A stretch of DNA of 64,000 nucleotides from Octopus sinensis (lineage: Eukaryota), in NCBI RefSeq assembly GCF_006345805.1, contig NC_043000.1, forward strand, positions 151,652,001 through 151,716,000, given 5' to 3'. The position numbers and the translations under genes are program-made. This document shows, piece by piece, positions 24,807 through 37,689 of this stretch; the stretch's first letter is position 1; every line of letters starts with the position of its first letter. The notes under the pieces are model-generated. The model was not told where the DNA came from. It worked only from the letters and a program-made list of their open reading frames with translations, and made no database searches.

Positions 24807-26017
24807 CACTTGGTGAGGGAGTGTGGCCTAGTGGTTAGGCTGTTGCACTTTCAATTACCAGATTGTGTGTTTGATTCCAAGACCAGGTGATGCAATGTTT
24901 TCTTTAGAGAAACACTATTTCACGTTGTACCAGTTACCCTTTCAATCAGGGGTAAATGTTGGCCTGCTCACCTAGCCAGCGGGTTGGCATCGTTTGAAAG
25001 GTAAAATGATGCAAAGTGTATTGTGACCAGTGATGTATAATATCTGATAGTCTGGTCAGTCACGTGATATACACTTGTGCTACCCGTTTCCGCTTTCCTT
25101 TGAATCACCTCACCATGTTGACTGCCTTGCATCCTCAATATCATCCCATTCTACTATTGACTGTTGTCCCCACTTCATTCTTATTACACTCCTACATTTA
25201 ATGTATTTTTGCAAGCAAAACTTTATTTTCTTATCTCAGATTTATAAGGAGAATAAACTGGATGTTGTGGCCCTTATATCTCTTGCAACATTGAGTGCTA
25301 GGGAGAAGTCATCATCATCATCGTTTAGCGTCCGTTTTCCATGCTAGCATGGGTTGGACGGTTCGACCAGGGTCTGGTAAGCAATGGAGGCTGCACCAGG
25401 CTGATCTGGCAGTGTTTCTACAGCTGGATGTCCTTCCTAACGCCAACCACTCCGTGAGTGTAGTGGGTGCTTTTCATGTGCCACTGGCACAGGGGCCAGA
25501 GGAGGCGGGCAAACGGCCACGATCGGTTGGTGCTTTTACGTGTCACTGACACGGACGCCAGTCAGGCGGCACTGGCGTTTATATGATTTATGAATCTTTG
25601 TGCTTCCAACTCAGAAAATTCAGGAATATGTACATGAACTTTAAAATTAAAATGTTGTCTTTCAGTTTTAATTTAATTTCTTCGAATAAATAGAAACAGA
25701 AAGAAACAATATTGAAAAAAAAAAAAAAATCACTTAAATTTAATTGATTTTTTTTTTTATGAAAAGATAATGTTCATGCAAGATTAAAAATAAAATAGCC
25801 ACCTTTCTGATTAATTTCTTTATTGCAAAAATCAGTTCATTAAAATATAAATAAAAGACCTTGTTACTTTTGGCTTCAAATAAATATGGTGATCATTTCT
25901 TATAAATTCAAAATTTGGTTTGATTCATTTTATTGAAGCAATAATCCTGGGTTGTCTCAGCAACCTACACAGCTTTTCCATAATCTTATTTTTTTTATCC
26001 ATGTTTATATATTTCAG

Positions 26018-26066
26018 TTATTTTTACATGATGCTAGAATAAAGAATTTCACTTCTTGCTTCAAAG
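26018..26066 (+). CDS. C8orf82: C8orf82 homolog, coding exon 2 (49 nt)
   Basis: Acceptor atttcag|, translation LFLHDARIKNFTSCFK (human recalled as LFLDDSKMKNFITCFK), donor G|gtaagt. Phases 0/1 fit the neighbouring exons. Confidence 0.92.
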
Positions 26067-26867
26067 GTAAGTTTCCAGATTAATCTACCAAAATGAGGTA
26101 TTTTGATCAAAAGCGTTTTAAATAAAAAATATTTCAATAATTTAAGAGTTTTTACATTGATTTTGTTTGGTAGTGAAAAAAACCCTGAAAAGTTTAATGT
26201 GATTTTAAGCCTAAAATGTTGATAGTTTGAATATTGTTATATATACTTTTTCGTATGATTTAAAAAATTTAGCAATTACCTTTGTCATTTTTCAATGATT
26301 TTTGCTTACTAGAATATATTAGATTTAAGATGATGTAAGACTTTATACCAATTTGGTCAGAATAGAGCATCCACATATATGATACCTACATGAGTCTTTT
26401 ATCTCTTAATTGTTGCCAGTAAACTTTTTGATAATTAATAATCATCATTAAATAGTCAAGCAACCACTATATTTCTTACCCAACATTTTACAATAGTTTG
26501 AATCTCATTTTTTTTTTTAAGGGAAACTGTTCAGTAAATTATCATTGAAAAATCCTGTTTTATAGCTTTCAGCAGTTGGACAGAAATTCTGTAATGTGCA
26601 AGGCATAAAACATTCAGATTGTCACAGACAAACTTGAATGTGCTTATCACTAACAGGATCTTTCGTACTGATAGAATGACCCATGTGCATTGTGTTCATA
26701 CCCATCATACACTGAATACATTTCATATTCATTTGCTTTCTCTACTCAGTTTAGGCTTTATTTAAGATTTTTCTATCCAATTACAATTCTCAAAAGCCAA
26801 AAAGTTGTAGCTGTAGTAGGTGATCGAATTTATAGTTGATCTTCATAATAACTATGTCTTATTTCAG

Positions 26868-27304
26868 AAAAAAGATTTATTGAATTCTTCTTCAAACGAC
26901 TTCGTTTAAACAAGACACAAAGATATCCTGATTTCCCATATATTTCTCTGTGTGGCAGAGAAAGAAATTTCATCAGCTGTGATGATAAGCCTATTGTTTA
27001 TCTTGAGCTTGTAAAAGACTCAGCAACTACTGACTATTTGTATTATGGAGGGTATAAAGCTGATTTAAAAGTACCCTTTGAACCCACAGAACTATGCATG
27101 TTACCCAGCAATGGTCGGGTGTATTACCCAACAAAAGATCTTTACGGAGGAATTGGACTAATCAAATCTAAAATAGCTATAGAACTGAGTCAGTATTTTG
27201 TTTTTGAGAATGGTGAATTGGAACCTCCAACACATATAGATTGGAATAATCAAAGACATGAACTTTCTAATAAACTTCTTCCACTTCTTGGAGCAAAAGA
27301 TTAA
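26868..27304 (+). CDS. C8orf82: C8orf82 homolog, coding exon 3 to stop
   Basis: Acceptor atttcag|, then (E)KRFIEFFFKRLRLNKTQRYPDFPYISLCGRERNFISCDDKPIVY...VPFEPTELCMLPSNGRVYYP...GGIGLIKSKIAIELSQYF...LLPLLGAKD*. Open to TAA at 27302-27304. Total 207 aa. Confidence 0.94.
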
Positions 27305-27341
27305 AAAAAATATTTTTATATTTTATTAGTGCTGGAAATGA

Positions 27342-27347
27342 AATAAA
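27342..27347 (+). terminator. Candidate polyadenylation signal of C8orf82
   Basis: AATAAA about 40 nt after the stop, followed by T-rich sequence. Confidence 0.4.
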
Positions 27348-28664
27348 GAAAATCTAAATTATTTTTTAAAATTTATATGGAAAAATGTTATAAATTTTTA
27401 TTTTTGAATTTGAAAAGAGAAATCAGATATCCATTAACCACAATTAGTGTGTGTGTGTTTTTTTTTTTTTGTTTTTTGTTTTTTTTATATAATATCAATC
27501 ATTTGAATTCATTATTACATTGTGATCAGAAATTACAATAGGTGATATTTAAGTCGACTTATTTTTCAAATCTTACCAACACTGGAAATGAAAAGAAATG
27601 AGTTTTGCCTTAGCAAAGAAGTACTGAATGAGCTGCAGTAAAATATCTCAATCTAGCAATCTATCTCATTTATCACTTCTGTTAAATATTGATTTCTTTC
27701 AATGATTCACAAGATTGCATTGAGTGGAGTGGAGAAATGAAGTATGACCATTGAAGCAAAAAGGAAGTGAAATGCTTTCATTCGGAAATCTAAACTAAAA
27801 TATGGTCCACTTAGGGAAATCTTGCCTTTTGCACTGCAAATGTTGCTACTTCAGTGAACTAAAATTTACAAAACTGTGGACATGAATGATATACAATTAA
27901 AAAAAACAAACTATGTATTGCAAACAGTTTAGGAACATTTGTTGTGGAAGGGATGAATAGACACTGTTCATTACAAAGTGGTCAACTAAAGTCTAGCTTT
28001 CTGTTTACGCAGTGAAATATGAACCAACAAAGGAACATTCATATTCACTCAACCTGCTACAAATATCAGCCAAATCACCCTCAATTTATATCCCCCAGTG
28101 TTAAAAAGGGAGAGAGGGAGGATATGAGATAATCCCAAAATGAAAGGACAATCACCTGAATTACCTTTGATTATAAGGTCTGCTCAATCAAAGATGACCT
28201 GGAGCTAAACAACACGGTGAAAGAATTTATGGTGTGTCTATAATCAAATTGTTGTGTATAAAATGGAATTGACATTTCATATTAATTCTTTCACAAACCT
28301 CAGGGTTTTACCAAATTGTACTCAATTTCAGCTTCTGTAGCCATCAAATTGACAAGTATCAGCCTCCTACCACCAATATCATCAATATTAGGGGAATTTT
28401 GAGTTATTCAACCCCCTTTTCATTAATGAGAAGACGACATTGTGTTTCCATCATTTAATTTTTTCTTTCTTCAGTAAGGTGTTAAACAATTTAGAAAATA
28501 TCTTAATTTTGTTGAACCTGACAATTTCTTTACCCATTTTTCAATCTTCACAGTCACACCCACATTTGAGAAACACTGAATTAATCTATTGGTGAGGTTC
28601 TTAGAGACTGTGACATTTGTTCCCGACTGACTGTTGGATTGATTCTCATACAATATGACTTGCT

Positions 28665-29279
28665 TTAACCCTTTAGCATTCAGATTAATTTATTATATGT
28701 AATATTTATACTCTTTACTCTTTTACTTGTTTCAGTCATTTGACTGCGGCCATGCTGGAGCACCACCTTTAGTCGAGTTACTCGACCCCGGGACTTATTC
28801 TTTTTGTAAGCCCAGTACTTATTCTATCGGTCTCTTTTTGCCGAACCGCTAAGTGACGGGGACGTAAACACACCAGCATTGGTTGTCAAGCAATGCTAGG
28901 GGAACAAACACAGACACAAACACATACATATATATATACATATATACGACAGGCTTCTTTCAGTTTCCGTCTACCAAATCCACTCACAAGGCATTGGTCG
29001 GCCCGGGGCTATAGCAGAAGACACTTGCCCAAGATGCCACGCAGTGGGACTGAACCCGGAACCATGTGGTTGGTTAGCAAGCTACTTACCACACAGCCAC
29101 TCCTGCTTTAAAAAATTAATCACGTATTATCTTGTAGCTTCAAGATTTTGAAGATGTAATCATTTAATTTTAGAATGACATTGTAGGGTAGGTGGGAGAG
29201 ACTGGATCTGGCCAGTTTGAACATAAAACAGGTAGACCATTTGGGCCAGATATGGCTGGTTTAAATGTTAATGGGTTAA
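28665..29279. mobile_element. piggyBac-type MITE, split by a SINE
   Basis: TTAACCCTTTAG...GGGTTAA with matching internal sequence. A more decayed copy lies at about 31538-31710. Confidence 0.75.
28710..29107 (-). mobile_element. SINE family A inserted inside a piggyBac-type MITE
   Basis: MITE halves at 28665-28705 and 29108-29279 flank it. Confidence 0.85.
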
Positions 29280-30909
29280 AAGACATTAAAAAACAGCAGA
29301 CCAAGAAAGGAAACCAAAAAAAAAATTTAATCGTATTGGCTATGTTGCTTCCATATCAATTCTACTTTCTTGGATAGATAGCAACAATAATTTGTCATCA
29401 TTCATTGACAAATTATTTACAAATGGTGAAACAAAATAATGAGTAGGAGTAATGTTGTCATTGTTTTACATTTGCTCTAACATGCTGATGAGGTTTGGAC
29501 GGTATATCAGGCAGTGTTTTACGGAGGGTATCCTTTTAGTAGCTTCTTATGACAAAAACATGATGTACCAATTCTAAAGGTGAGTTACAATAATTTTCTT
29601 CAATAAAATTGGCTACTGAGAATTACAAGCAGTTTTCGAAATATAAATAAGGCTTTTGAAGTTACATAAATATTACATAAATCCAAACTTTACAGCATGT
29701 ATGCTTAAATATTCAATTACACAAAGTGTGGGAACATAGCTAAATGTGTGCTCATATGAACAAGAGATGGTACACTTTAAGCATCAATATGAACAGCAAA
29801 AACATGAACCATGTATTTATTGCTTGTTGAGTTACTGCATTACTAATTAGACAATAATTCATTTGTCATTCCCTCTCCTCAAATTAACTGGGATATTAAT
29901 TTTTACTAACTGTACTATTTTATCATTGTGAAAATTTTAGGCTATTCTACTAATTTCCAAACTTTAGTTTCATGTTTGCAATGAGAAATAACATAAGTCA
30001 AAATTGAATTAACTGCTAATATAAATGATATCAACACCTATATAAAACACAAAATAGTAACTGACATACTGTTACTAATTTCTCTGTAATCTATCATATC
30101 ATTTATTAAGAGTTAATTCAAAGATAAAGCAACTTTATATGCAATCAGTAAGAGACAATGATATCAAAATCACTTTTGAATAACCTGGGACCAGATATCA
30201 AATTCCCTAATTTTAACTCCTAATGCATTCCACTTGAAGATAATATTCACAATGGTCTCAAGAACATTTGAAATTCTGTAATAATGCAGTGTAGTGGACC
30301 TTTGATTCAGCTGTAAGCATTCAGCCAATTGTGTATTTAGAAATATTTAACAGATGCCTACTCAATAAGAACAACGTTATACACAGCCCACTGTAACTAT
30401 GGAATGCACCATCCCTAGAAATGAGTGTCGTGAAAAAAATAATAATAATAATAATAATTGACAAAATATGGTGTAGGAAAATAAGCAGAAGTAGTAAATG
30501 CTATAAATAATATGACCTGTGTGACTGTGTCAGTAACAGGTCACAAAATTAAAAGTAGGCTTATGAAAAAAAATAGAGGAGCTGATGTATTTAGTAGATG
30601 AAATATTTAACTAAACTGGCAGTTTTGAGTATTACATTTTAAACATATTCATATAAAAAAAAATTAACTTCCAATAATAATATCTAATAAATTAAAAGTA
30701 ATTTTTATTAAACATTATTCCATATAAACAAATTTATCAAACAGTGCAACACTTTGTATTTTTTTTTAAGTTTATGATACAAATATCTATAACAATCAGC
30801 TCAACATTGTGCTTCAGATTTATAGAGGGAGGAATCTTCAATAGAATCAAAGACCAAGGAAATGGTATGAATGCAGTTGTTTGTTATCAACAAATAAATA
30901 ATGATATAT

Positions 30910-31005
30910 TCATGAGAAAGTAGTGTCTTCTTTAGAAAATATCTGAGAATTCTCACTGTTCATCCACGATAGTCCAGATGAATTATCAGCCAAATTTGGT
31001 TTGTC
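30910..31005 (-). CDS. AKTIP: AKTIP coding exon 8 to stop
   Basis: cattttag|DKPNLADNSSGLSWMNSENSQIFSKEDTTFS*; GLSW and FSKE motifs. The eight exons sum to 780 nt = 259 aa + stop. Confidence 0.9.
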   Translation of the reverse strand, partial: DKPNLADNSSGLSWMNSENSQIFSKEDTTFS

Positions 31006-31868
31006 CTAAAATGAGAAAATAAAATTTTAAATGTTGGCAGTTGTATTGACAGAATAAATACTATTAAATAAACTGGGTTGTTAAATTTATATTGCATTTC
31101 AACAACTTTTTTTTTTACATTCATAAAACAAATTGAGAGCATTTCCTGAAGTTTATAAAAGGGTTTACAAGATTTTTTAAAAAATGCAAGAGAATTATAA
31201 AGGAAAAAATACTTTCATTTACAATTCACTTAGATCAGGGGTTCTCAACTGGGGTCCATATAAGATTTTGGCGGGGTCCACAATAATTTTTCAGGGACCA
31301 TGAAAAAACTGCTTCGGACCAGTAAAGTTTATGTGCAAGAAACTGGTTAGACAAAATATTTTAACAATTACTTTCATATAATTCCTAATAATATTTAATT
31401 ATAAAAATACACTGGGATTTTTAAACATCAATGGTTATTGGGGTCCTCCCAAGGAAAACAATAAAAGGAGTTCATGGACAAAAAATGGTTATATTGATTT
31501 TTAGTGAGTTATGTAAAAGACTAATGGAATCAAAGTTTAACCCTTCAGTATTCAAAGTTTTTCAGTCAAATGTTATGCTTATTTATTGACATGAATTAGT
31601 TATGTGTTACCTTGTAGCCTTGAGATTTCAATGACATGACTTTATTTTTACAATAATATTGTAGGATAAGTGTAAGAGGCCAGACCTGGACAGTTTGAAG
31701 ATTGGCCAGTTTATATAGTAAAGAGTTAAAAAATCTAATTGTAAGTGGCAAGAAGATTTAAGATTTTATAATTTATCAAAAATAAAAGTTAATTGGTATT
31801 AGCTACCAGTTTAAATTTAGTGGATGACAAGTGCTTAAAACATGGTTAGAAAATAAAATAATACTCAC

Positions 31869-31935
31869 CTGAAAAGTTTTATTTAATATAGAGTTTCTAA
31901 TTTCTTCATGAACATCAGGATCCCAGTCTGTGAAC
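31869..31935 (-). CDS. AKTIP: AKTIP coding exon 7
   Basis: tttttag|FTDWDPDVHEEIRNSILNKTFQ|gtgagt (human recalled as FSPWNPSVHDEAREKML); 67 nt. Confidence 0.9.
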
Positions 31936-32732
31936 CTAAAAATGATTGCAAGAAGTAACATGGAGTATTGTTATGATGTCAGAAAATTACATCAATAATT
32001 CAATCACTTTACTAACAAACATTAGAAACCATCAGTCTTTAGTCAAGGCAGAAAATCTTGCTCAGTCTGTAGAAAGGTGCAGAGCTCATGGCCCTCACAG
32101 GCATAACTAGATGAGCGACAGTGATGCCATTGAGTGCAGCAGCAATACTACTCTCGGAGTGGTTGGCATTAGGAAGGGCATCCAGCCGTAGAAACTCAGC
32201 CAGATCAGATTGTAGTCTGGTTCGCCAGTCCTCAGTCGAATCGTTCAACCCATGCTAGCATGGAAAGCGGACGTTAAACGATGATGATGTGGGTCTCTTC
32301 TGAGTATTATAGAGTATCGATAATTGTTGGAAGCTGAAATATCATCTGGTTTCAAATGGAAGGGCCAGTCCTTGAGATGCAATTCTAGCAATGGTAAGGA
32401 TGTGATTTCACCAAGATCGTCAGTGATGGTGATCTAACAATTGGAGTGGCATGATAAAACGCATCCATACCATCCTGTAAAGTGGGTTTACTATAAGACA
32501 TTCAGCCAAAAGGTACATGACACACAATATTAAAAAATTGCATTTTTCTTTCTTTTCTGTTGTGTATTAGACAATGAGAGACCACAACATACAGCAATAC
32601 AATATACTGGAACAAATCTATCCAACCTGTACCAGTATGGAAAAAAAAAATAACATAAAATGATGGTTCCAATAAAAGTAGAGCTAATTGGGGCCTTAGA
32701 ACAGCAACATCACAGAAGATAAGTGAATTACT

Positions 32733-33107
32733 CCTTTACTTGTTTCAGTCATTTGACTGCGGCCATGCTGGAGCACCGCTTTGAGTCGAGCAAATCGACC
32801 CCGGGACTTATTCTTTTTGTAAGCCCAGTACTTATTCTATCGGTTTCTTTTGCCGAACCGCTAAGTAACGGGGACATAAACTCACCAGCATCGGTTGTCA
32901 AGCAATGCTAGGGGGACAAACACATATATACATATACATATATACGACAGGCTTCTTTCAGTTTCCGTCTACCAAATCCACTCACAAGGCATTGGTCGGC
33001 CCGGGGCTATAGCAGAAGACACTTGCCCAAGATGCCACGCAGTGGGACTGAACCCGGAACCATGTGGTTGGTTAGCAAGCTACTTACCACACAGCCACTC
33101 CTGCGCC
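32733..33107 (-). mobile_element. SINE family A, young subfamily
   Basis: Full length. Confidence 0.85.
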
Positions 33108-33299
33108 TATTAATATCTCAGTCAGTTAAATACTGATGATGGTTTACTTCATCATTAATTCAATGCATTTAACCATAATGTAATCAAAATTATAATTTAC
33201 ACATTTCAGACATCCCTAATTGCTTGCTATTGTTCCCATTATTTTAGATATTTTATAAACAGAGATGACAACAAATATAAAAGTCAAAAGTTTAATTAC

Positions 33300-33404
33300 C
33301 GAATAGCATGAAGATCATTTGGGTCAGGAATCTCATAGATGCTTTCTCTGCATTTCTGAATAGATTGTGCTACTTTTGATTCATACATTTCAATTTGGTC
33401 ATAT
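33300..33404 (-). CDS. AKTIP: AKTIP coding exon 6
   Basis: tttttctag|YDQIEMYESKVAQSIQKCRESIYEIPDPNDLHAI(R)|gtaatt; 105 nt, phase 2/2. Confidence 0.9.
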
Positions 33405-33886
33405 CTAGAAAAATGATGGGGGGAAATGATAAACAATTGTTTTGCTAAGTAATAAAAAGTAAACACCTTTTTTTCTTTTTTAATTTAAATAATGAAATGT
33501 GCATATTCATAAAACAGAATTATTGGATTTTTAAAACTGTAGCTGAAGCAAGGAATATAATCTATTTAGCTCCAAAACAGGATGAAGTTGGTTTGATACA
33601 TCACAAGAATTCTAAAAAGAGGAAACTGTTTAGATAACTGGGAGGCACACTTTAGTGCTAAGCAGTACTTCAGCCTGAATATAATCACATGCCTGCAACC
33701 TACAACATTAGTAACATAACACTAATTGGATTTGGTACCAACTCTCTTAGGTTATACAGATAAACATGCATCCACATTAAAATACCTGAAGCAGAGATTG
33801 CCACAGTAAATCTAAATTATGTTCTCACAATTTCAGAATGAAAATTATCATGCAACCACTAAATTTAGACATCTAAGCATTAATAG

Positions 33887-34132
33887 GTGGAGGCGCATGG
33901 CTTAGTGGTTAGGGTGTTAGCATCATGATCGTAAGATTGTGGTTTCAATTCCTGGACCGGGTGACGCGTTGTGTTTTTGAGCAAAACACTTCATTTCACT
34001 TTGCTCCAGTCCACTCAGCTGGCAAAAATGAGTAACGCTGTGATGGACAGACGTCCCGTCCAGCTGGGGAACACATACGCCATGGAAACCGGGCCCATGA
34101 GCCTGGCTAGGCTTTAAAAGGGCGCATTATAT
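33887..34132 (+). mobile_element. tRNA-derived SINE family C with 13-bp TSD
   Basis: ggcgcatggcttagtggttagg head, ggtttcaattcc B-box; taagcattaatag at 33874-33886 and 34133-34145. Relatives at about 3905-4390 (-), 15925-16235 (-), 24810-25075 (+), 38620-38950 (-). Confidence 0.8.
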
Positions 34133-34382
34133 TAAGCATTAATAGCTGTGGTAAAAAAAATGTTTTTAAACTGCAGTTACCACAGGGTTATGAGTTCAAA
34201 TTTTACTATTGTCATTTCTCATTTCTGCTGTGGTCACTGTTAAAACTCACTATAATAAGAAAAATCACACACAGCAAAGTTTACACATGTCCCTCCAGTC
34301 AAACAGCACAACTTTGTGACAGGTGATCCCAGATTAAACTGGAGCATGATATATCAATAGTTCAAGTATTATACGAGTTATA

Positions 34383-34760
34383 GGCGCAGGACTGGCTGTG
34401 TGGTAAGTAGCTTGCTAACCAACTACATGGTTCCGGGTTCAGTCTCACTGCAGGGTATCTTGGGCAAGTGTCTTCTGCTATAGCCCCGGGCCGACCAATG
34501 CCTTGTGAGTGGATTTGGTAGACGGAAACTGAAAGAAGCCTGTCGTATATATGTATATATATGTGTGTCTGTATTTGTCCCCCTAGCATTGCTTGACAAC
34601 CGATGCTGGTGTGTTTACGTCCCCGTCACTTAGCGGTTCGGCAAAAGAGACCAATAGAATAAGTACTGGGCTTACAAAGAATAAGTCCCGGGGGCGATTT
34701 GCTCGACTAAAGGCGGTGCTCCAGCATGGCCACAGTCAAATGACTGAAACAAGTAAGAGT
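34383..34760 (+). mobile_element. SINE family A, young subfamily
   Basis: Full length; inverted relative to 32733-33107. Confidence 0.85.
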
Positions 34761-36008
34761 AATCATGTAAAGCAGAACACAATGACAATAGTAAAATTTG
34801 AACTCATAACCAAGTAGTAACTGCAGTTTTTTTTTTTTTAATCACAGCTATTAATGCTAGGATGTTACTTTCCAGTGAACAAACTAAGAAAGTACAAAGC
34901 TATGTCAAAACAAGCAAAGTCACAGTTCAGAGTTGAAGTGTTTACGTTTCTGTTATATTCTCAATTGAAATAGTGTTTAACGTGATACAAGTTAAATGTC
35001 ATAAATTCCTTTTCTGAAGTAGTCAACCATACTCTAAAAAAACTACTCTGTTGTGTGATCACATTATAATCATAATAGAGAACACACATTTCAGCAAGAC
35101 AAGATGACCTGGTTATTCCTAACATTTATTTTACAGAAAAACCAGTTTGCCAGTTAGTTACCAATTACTCAAATGGAACAGGAATACAAACCAAACTGAC
35201 CCAAATACAAATCAAACTGAATTAGACTAAAAGATCACAATAAGAAAATTTAAAGAAGAAAAACACCAATATTTATAATAGATTTTTGGGGTTTTTTTTT
35301 AAAAAATCATTTCTACTTGTTTTAGTCATTGGACTGCGGCCATGCTGGGGCACTGCCTTGAAGGGTTTTAGTTGAACAAATCAATCCCAGTACTTCTGTT
35401 AAGCTTGGTACTTGCCCTGCCAGATTCTTGCTGAACCGCTATAGCATGGGGACATAAACAAACCAACATAGGTTGCCAAGCAGTAGCACAAACACAACAG
35501 ATGCATATATATATACAGTATGAGCTTCTTTTAGTTTCCACCAACTAAATTCACCCACAAGGTTTTAGTTGGCTCAATGCTATAGTTGAAGACACTTGCT
35601 CAAAGTGCCATGCAGTGGTACTGAACCTAAAACCATGTGGTTGGGAAATAAACTTCTTACCACACAGCCACAAATATATTTTTTAAAATTTTCTAGGCTA
35701 AGAATATATTTCATATTTTTAGGCGCGGGCATGGCTGTGTGGTTAGGGTGCTTGCTTTGTAGCTACATGGTTTCGGGTTCAGTCCCACTGAGTGGCACTT
35801 TGGGTAGGTGTCTTCCACTATAGCCCCGAGCCGACCAGAGCTTTGTGATTGAATTCGGTAGGTGGAAGTTACTGCCGTGTGTGTATAGCTGCTCAGTGCC
35901 TCTCCGAAAGAGAGAGAGGGACGTTATACGATGATGATGATGATATAAACTATACATAACTAAACACTGTATAAAATAATATTTCAAACAACAAAACAAT
36001 CTACTTAC

Positions 36009-36107
36009 AAAACAGCTGCATCATGGTTCCAAGGGGATTTTGTATCAATTTTATAGAATATTTTTCGGACATACAGCAATATCTGCCACAAATGGTTAAC
36101 ACTTTTT
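36009..36107 (-). CDS. AKTIP: AKTIP coding exon 5
   Basis: tatttcag|[32 protein letters not shown](L)|gtaagt; 99 nt, phase 2/2. Confidence 0.94.
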
Positions 36108-36148
36108 CTGAAATAGACAGTGAAATTCATATTGAAATTTATTAACAA

Positions 36149-36547
36149 CTAGCAGTATCACCCGGCGTTGCTCGGGTTTGTAAGGGAAATAACTATATAA
36201 GCATTTTTAGAGATGTAAAGTATAATAGCCATCTCAATATGGCTAACCACAAGGGGGGGGGGTGTTACTGTAGCTTTTTACGTTCTGAGATTTAATAATA
36301 AATTTTTAGAGAGTTACTTCCCTTATATATGCCAAAAATGCATTAAAAATGGGAAAAATTGATGGTAAATTTTTTTTAAAATCGTAGACTCATCGTAGAT
36401 GCGCGCTAATACCCAGAAGGGCTCGATATGAATCACGACTATAAGATACCCGGTTTTGGTTAAACTGCACCGCAAAATGTGGGAGTAGTTAGGAATCTAA
36501 ATCGTAGGAGACAGCCACTCACACAACTTCACTTTTATATATAAAGA
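36149..36547 (-). mobile_element. Non-autonomous Helitron
   Basis: On minus: A|TC... 5' end, subterminal hairpin cccgagcaacgccggg, ...CTAG|T 3' end. Confidence 0.8.
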
Positions 36548-36607
36548 TTTCACTTGAACTAACAGAAATGCAAACACCAATTACAAAAAGAAAGAAAGTG
36601 CATTTAC

Positions 36608-36696
36608 CTCCATTTAGGAAATGCTCTTTTCACATCCAGTTCCCCCGTTTCTGGGTTAATGACAGGGTGGAAAATAGGAGGGATAAAATACACACT
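36608..36696 (-). CDS. AKTIP: AKTIP coding exon 4
   Basis: atttacag|[29 protein letters not shown](R)|gtaaat; GELDVKRAF motif with Asp in place of the E2 catalytic Cys; 89 nt. Confidence 0.95.
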
Positions 36697-37047
36697 CTGT
36701 AAATAAATAAAGTCAAAAGGTTATTGATCAAATCTGGAGTAATAGTACAGCACAAATATATATACTCTACCTTGTCTTCAGCCCATATATTCAACATAAT
36801 GAAACAAGGATTAAAATACTGATGATGGATCTTTGGTTCTCTCTATATTCAGTACAACCACCACCGTCTCATTGTTACGCTTCTCCTTCATCACTCCAAC
36901 TGTGTAACCATGTACGGCATTGGATCTATCCCTATTCGATAACCCTACCGATCACCTTTGCCTTTGCCTTTTTTTTTTTTAACTTTATTACCATCATTCC
37001 CACTTTCATTATTATCACCTTTATTGCTCATTGACAACTATTTTCAT

Positions 37048-37050
<3 letters not shown>

Positions 37051-37095
<45 letters not shown>
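37051..37095. repeat. (CT)n microsatellite
   Basis: Direct reading. Confidence 0.95.
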
Positions 37096-37099
<4 letters not shown>

Positions 37100-37689
37100 A
37101 TGTGATCCATAGTGAAATCGAAATCAAACTCGGTGACTGGCATCCGTTGCTAGTGGAGCGCTAAGAGTACCATACGAGTGAGATCGTTGCCAGAGCAACA
37201 AGCTGGCCTTCATGCCGATGGCACGTTAAACACACCATTCGAGCATGATTGTTACCGCGTCGCCTTACTAGCACTTATGCTGGTGGCATGCGAAACATTC
37301 GAGCGAGGTCGTCGCCAGTGCCGCTGGACTGGCTCCTGTGCAGGTGGCACATAAAAAGCACCATTTGGGCATGGCCGTTACCAGTACCACTAAACTGGCA
37401 CATAAAAGCACCCACTACACTCTAGGAGTGGTTGGCATTAGGAAGGGCATCCAGCTGTAGAAACTCTGCCAGATCAGATTGGAGTCTGGTTTGCCAGACC
37501 TCGGTCAAATCGTTCAACCCATGCTAGCATGGAAAGCGGACGTTAAATGATGATGATGACATCTACTTACCAACAACTAACATGTAGCTACTTATTACCA
37601 CCTCCTCTTCCACTCCAGTTCTTTCTCTTCTCTCAATTATATTGCTTTGAATAAAAGAAGCAATGTAGAGTAGAGAGGACTTTAATCTT

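Noticed and set aside
29526-29534. U12-type donor-like GTATCCTTT (and a similar site near 54835 on minus)
   Set aside because: No adjoining exon or U12 branch site; all mapped introns are GT-AG U2 type.
31236-31490. hAT-like CAGGGGTTCTCAAC terminus
   Set aside because: Matching right TIR and 8-bp TSD not found; too decayed to call.
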